DNA of 64,000 bases from a virus: the IMG/VR virus record IMGVR_UViG_3300009149_000011, positions 1 to 64,000 of that record. One strand, written 5' to 3'. Below, piece after piece: positions 44,598-54,927 of the stretch; the first letter of the stretch is position 1; each line of letters starts with the position of its first letter. Below the pieces are notes generated by a model that saw only the letters and a program-made list of their open reading frames with translations, did not search any database and was not told where the DNA came from. A program made the position numbers and the translations under genes.

Positions 44598-45050
44598 TTA
44601 ATCGTCATGATTATGGTTTCTTGCCATTTCGATAGCAAGATCCCTAATCTCTTTAGATAATTCCCTATAATCATCTTGAGATGTTTTTCTCAGTTCTTTA
44701 TCTTGCTCATTAGCCCTATCTTCTACTCTTCTTATTTGATGCAACCTGCTTTCAACTTCACCTTTCAGAGCTTCCCTCATCTCTTTGTCGTTGTCATCGC
44801 TTTTATCCTCAATTCTCTTCTGCTCTTTTTTAAGCTTCTCTATTTCATTGTTAGCCAGGCTTCTGAAAGAGGTTAATTGACCATCGAATTCCTTTACTCT
44901 TTCTTTATCGTTTGAATAGTTATTTTCAATAAGTTTTTGATGATCTTTTTGATCGTTTTCTAAAAGTGAAATTCTAGTCTGTAATTTTACATATACACCA
45001 ACCAAAGCCCCCAAAAGACTGATTAAAGAAATGATAGTTGAAATGTCCAT
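44598..45050 (-). CDS. single-TM coiled-coil protein (holin/hemolysin-like architecture)
   Basis: N-terminal TM then coiled coil; TATTTAT upstream. Confidence 0.55.
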   Translation of the reverse strand: MDISTIISLISLLGALVGVYVKLQTRISLLENDQKDHQKLIENNYSNDKERVKEFDGQLTSFRSLANNEIEKLKKEQKRIEDKSDDNDKEMREALKGEVESRLHQIRRVEDRANEQDKELRKTSQDDYRELSKEIRDLAIEMARNHNHDD

Positions 45051-45106
45051 AATTATTGTAATTTTTATAATAAATATGGATACTTTGATGCCCTTCTGCT
45101 AGAGCT

Positions 45107-46060
45107 TTAATTTATAATTACTTTCTTGGTGAGTGAGTTTTTACCGTCAGAATAAATTACTAGATACATCCCTGGATTAACGCCATTAACATCTATCACA
45201 CTTGAGTTATAATACTCACCGACTACACATCCAGATATGCTATATATAATTACATTAAAGTTACCCTGATCCGTTTCTATGTATATATAGTCATCTACTA
45301 ATGTAGGGTATATTTCAATTACGTATTCCCCATCACCTTTTTGAACTGCTACAACACGACTATAATCATGTTGACCATCGTAATCCACTTGCTTTACTCT
45401 ATAGTATGCTATTTCACTACTATGGTCAGGATCTACAAATTCATAATTAATTAGGCTTAAGCTATTGCCAGCGCCTTCAACTTGACCTATATTGTGAAAA
45501 TTGATTACATCATAAGATTTTTGAATGTCGTAATAATCATTGTTATTTTCTAAAGCTGTAGCCCAACTAACAACAATTCCATCTTGTCTAGGTTTAGCAT
45601 TTATAAATATAAACTCTACAGGTAAAGCTGTACATGTTACATACTGCTCTGGTATACCTGGACCTTTTATATGATATGTAATTTCCGTGCATCCTATAGA
45701 AGAAGGCGTGGATGTACCGCAATCGCTAACTGGCCTCCAAGAATTAGATGTATTTACTGTTCCAGAACCCCCTCCATTTGGTAACCCAAAGAAAATTGAT
45801 CCTTGATCGCACTCTATTGTGCCATCCAATGTGTACATAGACCCAGAGCTAGGTGTTCCCCCTACAAATGTTATATCATAAGATATGACAACTTTAAATA
45901 CATATCCGCTACCACAAGTAGCTGGTTTAACCAAAGAAACAGCTTCTCCTTCAATATGAACCGTGTACCCCTCTGATGAAACAACATCATAAGAACACTG
46001 CGCAAAACCTGAAACCAAAGCGCGCAACAATAGTGCGGCTACTAATAAAATATTTCTCAT
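45107..46060 (-). CDS. secreted protein with T9SS type-A C-terminal sorting domain
   Basis: Signal peptide (FAQ); LPVEFIFINA...W.TA.E.NN..Y.IQKS; YYRVKQVDYDG; IYPT...GMYLV...KKVII. Confidence 0.85.
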   Translation of the reverse strand: MRNILLVAALLLRALVSGFAQCSYDVVSSEGYTVHIEGEAVSLVKPATCGSGYVFKVVISYDITFVGGTPSSGSMYTLDGTIECDQGSIFFGLPNGGGSGTVNTSNSWRPVSDCGTSTPSSIGCTEITYHIKGPGIPEQYVTCTALPVEFIFINAKPRQDGIVVSWATALENNNDYYDIQKSYDVINFHNIGQVEGAGNSLSLINYEFVDPDHSSEIAYYRVKQVDYDGQHDYSRVVAVQKGDGEYVIEIYPTLVDDYIYIETDQGNFNVIIYSISGCVVGEYYNSSVIDVNGVNPGMYLVIYSDGKNSLTKKVIIN

Positions 46061-46081
46061 GATTATAAATAGATTCTTAAT

Positions 46082-46504
46082 TTATGATATATTATCCATT
46101 AACTCCTTTACTAGACTACATTTAACATACTCTTCAGATACTATGTATACGGATAGCATTTCTTTTAAATATTTTTTTCTAGAATTATAGTCTGGCTCTA
46201 TTTTCTCAAAATGATCTAAATTTTCAAAAGGTATTAACTTAACGTCTAATATATCTCTATAAATTTTAGATATAGCTTGACCCTCTTCTTTAATTTTATG
46301 AAGAATATTGCTGTTTTCCAATAAAGATTTCTTTTGAAATATTAAAAAATTACTATCTATATCGTTTAACCCTCTCACATCTAAAGACTTAAGGGTATTT
46401 AGGTTTTTTAAAATTTCATCCTTAACTCTTATTATCTCCCTATCTTTAAGATCCAAGTAATCTCTTGTCACTTGTTTGATGATAATGAAATTAAAATCAC
46501 TCAC
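46082..46504 (-). CDS. hypothetical protein with UVR-like C-terminus
   Basis: YIVSEEYVKCSLVKE. Confidence 0.55.
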   Translation of the reverse strand: MSDFNFIIIKQVTRDYLDLKDREIIRVKDEILKNLNTLKSLDVRGLNDIDSNFLIFQKKSLLENSNILHKIKEEGQAISKIYRDILDVKLIPFENLDHFEKIEPDYNSRKKYLKEMLSVYIVSEEYVKCSLVKELMDNIS

Positions 46505-46740
46505 TTATTTTTTAATAAAGGATTTTCTAACATCTTTCCCCACTCCAAGCCTGCCTCTTTTTCTAGCTACACTTTTAGGTTCGTACTTTCTAAGTCGCTT
46601 AACTTCAGCTTTTAGAATTTCAATTTTTTGTTCTTTTGTCATATCAATTGCTATTTTATACAATTTATAAAAAATAAGCGTATTTCCATAGTTAAATAAA
46701 AAAAAACAATAGCTATAAATTATAGCTATTGTTTTTGTGT

Positions 46741-47592
46741 TTAAGCAGTTGCGTGATCTGGAGATAAAACTGTAATCTTATCAAGGGGAGCGTCAACATC
46801 AACCCTGATTTGTTTAACTGGATAATCATCTACAGCATAAACATTCCAAACTTTAATGATCAGCGCTAGTTTATAAGCTCTTGTCATACTTAAACTATTA
46901 GCCTTAGAAGTTTGCAATTTCTTATAAGCATAGAAAGTAGAACTTCCGCTATCAGCTTTAACTCCACAAATCATTTTCACAAAATTAATATGTCTACTAT
47001 CAATAGAATAAGTTTGACCTGATGTTATATAGAGTATTAAAGCTATATCTTTTACAGATAACAATTTAATAGGCTGCGCTTGATAAGTGCTCATAGCAAT
47101 TTTAATCACCTTGTAAAGCTCAGTTTTAAATTTAGTAGCATAATCAAGACCCATGCTATTTGAAATATAATTAATAGAACTGTTTCTGATACTTCCGCTT
47201 TTAGAAGATTTCAACCCTTGTCTATAAGCTAAAATAGACTTAATAGATCCAGCTAAGTGATTAGCATTTGTAAACTCATTCAACTGCAACACGTCAGCAA
47301 AACTACGGTTAGTGCCCGTATCAATTGTATCCATAACATCAGGATTAATATCCGTTATTAATGGAACATTGTAGCTAAACCCTGCCGCTATTACTGCATG
47401 TAATCTATGTTGACCATCTTTAACAAAACCATTGACATCAACTATGATTGGCTCACCGTTTTCTTTCCATTCACCCTTTTTCATTTGAGCTACATATACA
47501 TTTACAATAGGCTTCAGTCTCCTGTTACCTATATTCATTTTAAGTAGCTCTTCCGCTTTCTGAGGCGTTAAATTAATAATTTCTGCTTTCAT
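46741..47592 (-). CDS. ParB-like (DGQHR) protein
   Basis: ITP..A..LL..N..NR...M..G.W..NGEPI...DGQHRL.A. Confidence 0.82.
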   Translation of the reverse strand: MKAEIINLTPQKAEELLKMNIGNRRLKPIVNVYVAQMKKGEWKENGEPIIVDVNGFVKDGQHRLHAVIAAGFSYNVPLITDINPDVMDTIDTGTNRSFADVLQLNEFTNANHLAGSIKSILAYRQGLKSSKSGSIRNSSINYISNSMGLDYATKFKTELYKVIKIAMSTYQAQPIKLLSVKDIALILYITSGQTYSIDSRHINFVKMICGVKADSGSSTFYAYKKLQTSKANSLSMTRAYKLALIIKVWNVYAVDDYPVKQIRVDVDAPLDKITVLSPDHATA

Positions 47593-47597
47593 TTTTA

Positions 47598-48062
47598 CTA
47601 TTTTAATTTAGACATATATTTTCTTAAAATTTTCCAATCTACTTTAGGATCGAAACCCGCCTTATCTTCCAACAAAACATTCATATAAGGTTTTCCAGTA
47701 AAATTTCCATACTTATTGTCTTTAACATCTGGGTTTTCATTAACAAATTTAAAGTTAATCCCCTTACTTTTGAAATATTTTAAATATTCATCCGTTTGAT
47801 GTTGGTGAGAACATGTGTATAGATTTATAATCATATCACTTCTCTCGGACATCATACGCAAAGTTTCCTCAGCGTCTTCATAAAATTCTTTTGGAACCTG
47901 GACTTCATAGTTAGGTTTAACTATTGTTCCATGAATATCGCAGAACACAAAGAATTCTGGCCATCCTTTTTTACCCATCTCTTCGTAAGCTGTTACAAAA
48001 GCGTCTTTAGCTGAACTAATTCCAAAAGTTATTTTAATAAAATTGATTAGCTTCCTTTTCAT
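47598..48062 (-). CDS. HAD-superfamily hydrolase
   Basis: DIHGT, YTCS, KPY...EDKAGF. Confidence 0.75.
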   Translation of the reverse strand: MKRKLINFIKITFGISSAKDAFVTAYEEMGKKGWPEFFVFCDIHGTIVKPNYEVQVPKEFYEDAEETLRMMSERSDMIINLYTCSHQHQTDEYLKYFKSKGINFKFVNENPDVKDNKYGNFTGKPYMNVLLEDKAGFDPKVDWKILRKYMSKLK

Positions 48063-48559
48063 AAATCTTCTCTATTTGTTATTTCTCCTTTTCCTTTCAT
48101 TTTGGAGAAAGTCTTTTGACTTACCCACTTCTTTAAATCGTGAAGATAAAATCCCCACACACCTTTTCTTTTTCCAGTAATAACTAATGTTACTGTTGTT
48201 GAGTGCAGTTCATGAAGATTGTGAAAATCCCACTTATTCATAAAAGCTAAATTTAGAAAACCTCTTTTTCTCAAAACAGGTTCTCCGACATTTAATTCAT
48301 TTTTATCAAGCCTAGGATCATATGTGTATCCTAAATTCTTTCTTTTTTGTTCAGTATAACCTCCCCATAGTATGAGCGATAAAAAAGGCCAAGGGTGATC
48401 ATGGCAATATTTATCCTTAGAACCTTTATAAATTATATGGATGTATATATTAAACCATGGAATTCCAAATGGTAACATTCTCCATCTCTGAAAATGTAGC
48501 GTTCCCTTTTTTTGTCCCTCTCGTTTACTTGCTCTTATTTCCCGTACTAAAAACTTCAT
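48059..48559 (-). CDS. cupin-fold protein
   Basis: HDHPW...GGYTE...FH...TLVITG...WGF. Confidence 0.78.
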   Translation of the reverse strand: MKFLVREIRASKREGQKKGTLHFQRWRMLPFGIPWFNIYIHIIYKGSKDKYCHDHPWPFLSLILWGGYTEQKRKNLGYTYDPRLDKNELNVGEPVLRKRGFLNLAFMNKWDFHNLHELHSTTVTLVITGKRKGVWGFYLHDLKKWVSQKTFSKMKGKGEITNREDL

Positions 48560-48797
48560 TACCTTCGTTGTCTGTTATGGATATAAACATTTCTGATTCC
48601 ATAGCTTCAAATATTTGAGCTATTGCTGATAAAGTCAAATTCTTTTTGGCCCCAGTTTCTAGTTTAGAAATATGGGATCTTCCGACCCCAATTTTCTCAC
48701 CTAACTCTTCTTGACTCAAATCTTTAGAGAGTCTAGCTTTTTTGATTGCTTTCCCTATAAACTCTGGCGACAACTTAGATTTTTTATTTTTAGTCAT
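48525..48797 (-). CDS. XRE family HTH regulator
   Basis: IKKARL...SQEELGEKIGVGRSHISKLETG. Confidence 0.9.
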   Translation of the reverse strand: MTKNKKSKLSPEFIGKAIKKARLSKDLSQEELGEKIGVGRSHISKLETGAKKNLTLSAIAQIFEAMESEMFISITDNEGNEVFSTGNKSK

Positions 48798-48801
48798 AAT
48801 T

Positions 48802-49227
48802 TTATATTAATTTTAACTCTTCCAATATCGGCATGAATCTCCAGAAGATTTTAACTTTCAATTCTGACTTGTCAACAAATCCAGCCCAATCTACTTCTCT
48901 CAAAGAGAGTTGGCTTTTTTCCCTAACCTCACTATCAATTCCGATCTCGTCTAGATCACTAATTATTACTGGGAACCATTTTACCTTCTTATATGTTCTT
49001 CGACCTTTTTTATATCGAACCTCAACCCCCTCTACCCCTATTAATTCCTTAGGCACTTTTATTCCAGTCTCTTCCCATGTTTCTCTTATAGCTGCATCTA
49101 TAGGCTCTTCTCCTTTTTCCAACTTTCCCTTTGGTAAGGAATAAGTACCTTCCCAAGATTGTTTTGTCGGATGAACAAGTAAAAGCTTTTCTTTATAGAT
49201 GATAGCTAATCCTGCTGATATTTCCAT
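48802..49227 (-). CDS. Nudix hydrolase
   Basis: PKGKLEKGEEPIDAAIRETWEETGI; start moved to ATG 49227 below promoter motif 49243-49268. Confidence 0.9.
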   Translation of the reverse strand: MEISAGLAIIYKEKLLLVHPTKQSWEGTYSLPKGKLEKGEEPIDAAIRETWEETGIKVPKELIGVEGVEVRYKKGRRTYKKVKWFPVIISDLDEIGIDSEVREKSQLSLREVDWAGFVDKSELKVKIFWRFMPILEELKLI

Positions 49228-49332
49228 CTCACTTAATACTTTAACGTAGCAAACGGTTGCTTTGTTGCCTAATTTACAGAAAATAGTACCATTCTGCAAG
49301 AGAAAAGCCTAACATCTGTAAAGTTGTCACTT

Positions 49333-50112
49333 TTATGACTCTAGTTGCATCATTAAATCTTCCAATTGCTGCACCATACTGATGAACTTAGGATCTCTCT
49401 TTATTGACTTATCTCTGTCATAAGGTAAATCAACTTTGATGTGATGCTTAATCTTAGCTGGAGCATTTGACATGATGTAAATTTCATCAGCTAGATATAC
49501 AGCCTCAGCTATATCATGAGTAACTAATATTACAACAGGCTCTATATCTTTCCAAATACTAACCAATAGATCTTGCATTTGAAGTCTTGTTTTTATATCT
49601 AGAGCTCCAAATGGTTCATCCATAAGAAGAATCTCTGGACTTGCCAATAAGCTTCTCGCTATAGCAACTCTTTGCAGTTGCCCTCCCGAAAGAGAAGGGT
49701 ACTGAGCATATTTATTTTCATTACCTTCCAATCCTACCAATTTAATCATCTCCTTAGCTCTCTTTATACGCTCTTCTTTACCAACGCCCTTAAGCTCCAA
49801 GCCTAAGGCTACGTTATCTAGAACAGTTCTCCATGGGAATGATGAATATTTTTGAAATACCATACCAACACCGTTTCTAGCATTTGCTGGCTCATCATTT
49901 ACTAGAACTTCTCCAGACGTTGGATCTTGTATCCCAGCTATATATCGAAGCAATGTAGATTTACCGCAACCAGAAGGCCCTAATATGGCTTTAAATATAC
50001 CTTTGCCATTTACTTTGTTGGCTGAGAAGTTTAAATCCTTTATAATAGTTTTTTCTTTTCCATTAATACCTGGATAAACTTGAGTGATGTTTTTTAAATC
50101 TATTTTTGTCAT
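49333..50112 (-). CDS. NitT/TauT ABC transporter ATPase
   Basis: GPSGCGKS, LSGGQLQR, LMDEPFGALD, VTHD. Confidence 0.95.
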   Translation of the reverse strand: MTKIDLKNITQVYPGINGKEKTIIKDLNFSANKVNGKGIFKAILGPSGCGKSTLLRYIAGIQDPTSGEVLVNDEPANARNGVGMVFQKYSSFPWRTVLDNVALGLELKGVGKEERIKRAKEMIKLVGLEGNENKYAQYPSLSGGQLQRVAIARSLLASPEILLMDEPFGALDIKTRLQMQDLLVSIWKDIEPVVILVTHDIAEAVYLADEIYIMSNAPAKIKHHIKVDLPYDRDKSIKRDPKFISMVQQLEDLMMQLES

Positions 50113-50912
50113 TTGTTTACGTATTTATGTGGAAATATAGCTCTGTCCAATGCTTTAAATAGCAAATCTTGTAACACGCCAATTAATACAATTACAACAA
50201 GAAGGGCAAACACTTTATCAATCCTACTTTGTCTAGCTGCAGTGAACACCATAGCCCCTATACCTTCCGTCTTATTTAACATCTCAGCAACAATTATGTA
50301 TGTCCAAGAAATAGCCACTATAACTCTAATATCGTCAGATAACTTACTAATAACGGCGGGAATAAACACTTTAACAATTATTTGCCACTTACTAGCTCCT
50401 AATGTTTTAGCCGTCTGAACATATACTTTAAGGACCTCATCTATTCTTTGAACCACTATAGGTAATAGATATACAAATATACCAAAAGCTAAGAAATTAA
50501 TCTTCATATTATCTTCTATACCGAACCAAGCTATGAACAATCCAGTAACCGCAGTTAGGGGTATGAATCTAGCCGCATCAACATATTGAGAAAATAGAGA
50601 TCTGAAGAATGGGAACAATCCAATAATAAACCCTATAGGCAGCGCATACAAGATGGCTTTGAAATACCCCCAATAATTAAGTTTAATTGAATATATTGCA
50701 TTCTTAACTAGAAAATCTTTAAAATGCAACTCCTTGAAAGATCCTAAAACGTTTCCAGGATGAGGAAGCAGCGATGGTTCAACCCATTCATTTGCGGCAA
50801 TTGTGTACCATATTAACATGATTACAAAAACACCGCCCAATCCGATTATCATAGAAGTCCTTTTTTCAATAGAACCTCTTAACTCAAACCATCCACTAAA
50901 GAATTTTTTCAT
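50109..50912 (-). CDS. NitT/TauT ABC transporter permease
   Basis: Six TM; EAA-like QTAKTLGAS; WTYIIVAE. Confidence 0.92.
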   Translation of the reverse strand: MKKFFSGWFELRGSIEKRTSMIIGLGGVFVIMLIWYTIAANEWVEPSLLPHPGNVLGSFKELHFKDFLVKNAIYSIKLNYWGYFKAILYALPIGFIIGLFPFFRSLFSQYVDAARFIPLTAVTGLFIAWFGIEDNMKINFLAFGIFVYLLPIVVQRIDEVLKVYVQTAKTLGASKWQIIVKVFIPAVISKLSDDIRVIVAISWTYIIVAEMLNKTEGIGAMVFTAARQSRIDKVFALLVVIVLIGVLQDLLFKALDRAIFPHKYVNK

Positions 50913-50975
50913 GATTGTTTTGTTTTAAATTTAAAGTAAAAAAAAGGGAAGCTATTGACTTCCCTTTTTAATTTT

Positions 50976-52508
50976 TTAGTTTTCAATTAACTCAAAGTCT
51001 GTTCTCCTATTTTTAGACCTACCTTTTGAGGTAGAGTTGTCAGCTACAGGTTTATCTGGACCGTTACCTACAACTACGAACCTATTTGGATCAAATCCAT
51101 GTTCTGAAGCCAAGTAGTCAGCAACCGCTTGAGCTCTTTGTTTAGATATTCTCTTATTAGTAGATAAGCTTCCTGTGTTATCAGTGTTACCTTGAATTCT
51201 AATACGAGCGTTACCGAAACTCTTAGCTATTTCCAAAAACTGTAAGTCAATTATATATTTAGAATTCTCATCTAACTTATAAGCTCCAGTGGGGAATGTA
51301 ATAGTTACTTGTTTAGTTGAAATTGCTTCTTTAGTTATTAGAGCCGCAGTAGGCGCTTCGAAAGTTACCCCTCCTTCAGCATCATTTTCAGAACCACTTA
51401 ATGAAACGCTGCTTACAATTTCCTTGGTAGATACAGATCTCCAATTAGGAACTGTGCTAACAAAACCTAACTGGCTATATTTGTTACCCATATTTCTATA
51501 AAGATCTTCACCAGTAACCCCTCTATAAGAACCATCAAGTCCAAAGAAAGCTTGATTATCTCCCAGCGTTGCTAATCTTACATTATTAATAGCTGAGTAG
51601 CAGAAATTATAATCCATACCTAATCCTTTTTGAAGGATTTGAGCTGCTTCTTTCTTAGCTGATTCAGTTGTATTAATTGCGGCAGAACCTTTCATCCAAC
51701 CTTCAAACAATTGCGTCAACTCTTTATTATTATTATCTATGAAATCTTGCTTAGCAAAGAATACATCAGCGATAATATTAGAAGCCGTTTTAGTAGACTG
51801 TAATACCTTAGAGCCTTTTACGTTATCAACACAGTCAGCATCGTCTGGAGACCACACTACAGCCCCATCTACACTGCCAGATTTAAACATAGACGCGGCA
51901 TCAATTGCACTAGCTACCTCTATAATATTTACATCAGATGTTTTTAGATTACTAGTTTCAAGTAAATTGATTAAGAAAGAGTGAGACGGAGTCATATAAG
52001 CTACCGCAATTTTCTTTCCTTTTAAATCAGATACATTACCAATACCTCTTCGAACTACTATAGCATCTCCTCCACGGGACCAATCTGCCTGGAATACAAT
52101 CTTAGGATCAAACTCCTTAAGAGCATCAGCTTCAGTAGGGAAGGCATCAACTGTTGCCCATAATAAATCCACATCTCCTGATTTCCAAGCTTCTCTTGAG
52201 GCAACGAAGTCATCTAAAACTTTGAACTCTACTAGGAATCCGTAGTCTTTATAAAATTTAGAGGCAGTGTTAGCTTCAAAGCCTTTATTCCAAAACTGGC
52301 CTCCAGCATATCCACCCCAAGTCACTACTCCGACTTTAATGGTTTTTGTATCTTCAGATACGTCTGCAGCTTCTGCAGTTTGTTTATTTTCTTCAGGTGT
52401 TGGAATCACGCTATCTAGCGCTCCAGTGAAGTGAAGAGCCGCATAGATACCCCCGAACACGAGAGTAAATATAAAGATCTTAGCAAATGGTGTCATTGAT
52501 TTCCACAT
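50976..52508 (-). CDS. ABC substrate-binding protein (NMT1/TauA-like) fused to OmpA-like peptidoglycan-binding domain
   Basis: TWGGY, DWSRGGDAIV; GNTDNTG...S..RA.AV..YL...NRRTDF. Confidence 0.9.
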   Translation of the reverse strand: MWKSMTPFAKIFIFTLVFGGIYAALHFTGALDSVIPTPEENKQTAEAADVSEDTKTIKVGVVTWGGYAGGQFWNKGFEANTASKFYKDYGFLVEFKVLDDFVASREAWKSGDVDLLWATVDAFPTEADALKEFDPKIVFQADWSRGGDAIVVRRGIGNVSDLKGKKIAVAYMTPSHSFLINLLETSNLKTSDVNIIEVASAIDAASMFKSGSVDGAVVWSPDDADCVDNVKGSKVLQSTKTASNIIADVFFAKQDFIDNNNKELTQLFEGWMKGSAAINTTESAKKEAAQILQKGLGMDYNFCYSAINNVRLATLGDNQAFFGLDGSYRGVTGEDLYRNMGNKYSQLGFVSTVPNWRSVSTKEIVSSVSLSGSENDAEGGVTFEAPTAALITKEAISTKQVTITFPTGAYKLDENSKYIIDLQFLEIAKSFGNARIRIQGNTDNTGSLSTNKRISKQRAQAVADYLASEHGFDPNRFVVVGNGPDKPVADNSTSKGRSKNRRTDFELIEN

Positions 52509-52539
52509 AATTAATTAAATTTAAAGTTATACGTTTATT

Positions 52540-53577
52540 TTACAAGAATTTATCGTAACCTGTTTGATTACCCTTTTTTGACCTAGATGCTGGTAAAGCA
52601 ATCTTTTGTTTAGTTCCAACCTTAGCTTGTGAGCTATTAAGACTGTCTATTATAGAGTAGTCAGTACCCTCTTCTAAAAGAATGGTGTTAATTTTATTAT
52701 CCCATTCTTCAAGCATTTTTTCCCCCCTGGCTTCGAATACTCCATTTTGGATATCCATGTTTTCCATAAAAGATTGAGATTGCTCCATAAAACTATCCAT
52801 CTCACCAAGTTTCATTCCGATGTCATCTACCACATATTCCATTGCTTGGTCGAATAACATCTTCTTGTCATTATCACCCGCTATAATGGATTTAGCTGAC
52901 TTCATTACACTGTGACTTTTAAGGACAGCTTCTCGCTCAATTTTCATATGCTTAACTTTATCATCAGTATCTTCGATCATAAAATTAGAAGCTTTGTGCA
53001 TTTTCTTAATAACTTCCTCAAGAATACCCATTGTTCTATATAGGTTAATCAATTTCTGATTAGTAGCTTCAGAACGAGCGGCTTTGTTAGAGTATAAAGT
53101 AACGCTAGCCTTACTCTTACCTTGAGATTGAGCAGATTTAGCTTTCTCAATATTCTCTTTCATTTCTTGAGTATTGTTATCTATCTGTCGTTTAACCTTA
53201 CCTCTTTGGCCAGATAATTGAGTTATTTGTTCAGACATCTTATGACTCTTCTTATGAAGATCTTCTACATATGTTTCCAATATACCAATAGGGTCTATTT
53301 GAATAAAGGCCGCAGTCATTTTACGCATAGCCAGTTTGTAGAAATACCATAAAAGAGTTCTAAATCTTTTATCGGTTGCCAATACAAAGATAACTCCAAG
53401 GCCAGCAATTAAAGCTAAAGCCGTATAGATGTTAGTAAGTAAAGTTATTAAAAAAGGAAGTATATGATACAATCCTATACCCGCGCCTACTATGATAGCA
53501 GCCATGACTATCATACCTGGCGTACCTTCGGGTCTTTGCCAAAATGTTTTTATTGGCTTATTTCCTCCGTTTTCCAT
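52540..53577 (-). CDS. two-TM, PspA/IM30-like coiled-coil protein
   Basis: Two TM then DPIGIL..Y and long coiled coil. Confidence 0.6.
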   Translation of the reverse strand: MENGGNKPIKTFWQRPEGTPGMIVMAAIIVGAGIGLYHILPFLITLLTNIYTALALIAGLGVIFVLATDKRFRTLLWYFYKLAMRKMTAAFIQIDPIGILETYVEDLHKKSHKMSEQITQLSGQRGKVKRQIDNNTQEMKENIEKAKSAQSQGKSKASVTLYSNKAARSEATNQKLINLYRTMGILEEVIKKMHKASNFMIEDTDDKVKHMKIEREAVLKSHSVMKSAKSIIAGDNDKKMLFDQAMEYVVDDIGMKLGEMDSFMEQSQSFMENMDIQNGVFEARGEKMLEEWDNKINTILLEEGTDYSIIDSLNSSQAKVGTKQKIALPASRSKKGNQTGYDKFL

Positions 53578-54269
53578 TATGCGTTTTCTTTAGTAGTTGA
53601 AAGATACTTTTCAATATTAGCTTTATCTTCCTCAAGCTCTTGTCTAAGAGTATCAGCCGTAGCAATAAAGTTTGTTACGCTTGATGTTATGTTATCGCCT
53701 TCTGTGATGATTTCAGAATCAAGCTCTTTGTTCCTAGCACTTAACTCTTGAATTTCTTCAGTTAACTTCTGAATTTGAGCCGACTTAACCTCAATAGAGG
53801 AAGTATTAGCTTCTTTCTCTTGCTCTCTTGATCCAACTTGACTATTTCTCTTTGAATCAGCCGCAGATTGGAAAGTCACCTTTTCCGAGTCTAACTTGGA
53901 TATATAAGAATTGATTGCTGATAAAAGCGACTCTTGAGTTAACCCTTGCGAAGTTTGAAGTGTAATAAACGCGGTTTGAAACTTAGCCGAATCAGGAATG
54001 TTTACTGCACTCAAATTATCTAGCGCTGCAGAGAATGATTCCAACCCTTTATCTGGAACTGAAGAAACAAGAACACCTTGTAAGTGGTCATAAATCTCTT
54101 TATTGAAAACCCCTTCTTCTGGAGCCCCTTGAACACCAGCCTCAGTAAATGAAAAGTTGAATTCAGCTTTCTCGCCATTTTCAAGCTCCACCTCTTCGGT
54201 CACTTTTTCTTTTGCTTCTACTTCTGAATCAGTTTCAGATTCTTTGAAGAATAATCCTTTTAATCCCAT
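53577..54269 (-). CDS. coiled-coil protein, first gene of the ABC operon
   Basis: MGLKGLFF...; promoter motif 54295-54319. Confidence 0.7.
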   Translation of the reverse strand: MGLKGLFFKESETDSEVEAKEKVTEEVELENGEKAEFNFSFTEAGVQGAPEEGVFNKEIYDHLQGVLVSSVPDKGLESFSAALDNLSAVNIPDSAKFQTAFITLQTSQGLTQESLLSAINSYISKLDSEKVTFQSAADSKRNSQVGSREQEKEANTSSIEVKSAQIQKLTEEIQELSARNKELDSEIITEGDNITSSVTNFIATADTLRQELEEDKANIEKYLSTTKENA

Positions 54270-54333
54270 TTGCTTTTTTTAGTTATAATATGTTAACGAA
54301 CAAAACTTGATAATGTTTCCAAAACGGAAATGT

Positions 54334-54804
54334 TTATTTACTAAGTTTAGGTATTAGATAATCTAATACTGCTTTATGATTTGGAAACTTTTCTGTTTTA
54401 TAGTGGATTAACTCCCCCGTGAAGTCTTTCCAAGTATCTGCGTGATCATCTATAAGATAATCTCCTATATTCAATTCTTTATAGCAACTTAAAATTAATC
54501 TTTCAACATAGCTTGAGCCAAAATGTTTTTGGATCCACATAGCCTTTGCCGTAAAACACCAAAGGTTTCTTGGAGAAGGTTTAGATAAGAACAACGCAAG
54601 AACACCTGGCTGCCTATCTACTTCCAAAAACGCTTCTATCGCCCCATCTATAGGCTCTAAATTTTCAAAGAATCCAAACTGACTCTGAGGCCAAGCAATG
54701 CCTGGCTCCTCTCGTAATGCTGCTGAGCTGGCTCCAGTGAAGTCGGCCATAACATCATCCATGTCGAAATATACTATCTTACGATTTTTGCTTTCTTTTG
54801 TCAT
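54334..54804 (-). CDS. 5'(3')-deoxyribonucleotidase (NT5C, HAD)
   Basis: YFDMDDVMADF, FFENLEPIDGA, K..W...HF, GDYLIDD. Confidence 0.88.
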   Translation of the reverse strand: MTKESKNRKIVYFDMDDVMADFTGASSAALREEPGIAWPQSQFGFFENLEPIDGAIEAFLEVDRQPGVLALFLSKPSPRNLWCFTAKAMWIQKHFGSSYVERLILSCYKELNIGDYLIDDHADTWKDFTGELIHYKTEKFPNHKAVLDYLIPKLSK

Positions 54805-54927
54805 CTTTTTCTCGCCATTTTACTAGCTCTTTTTGAAGCTTTTCTTCTGCAAAGTCTAAAGGTATGTTTTTTCTTTGCATTTTTTTAATAAAACCTTGAC
54901 TTTATGTCTATTTTTATATCAAACATA

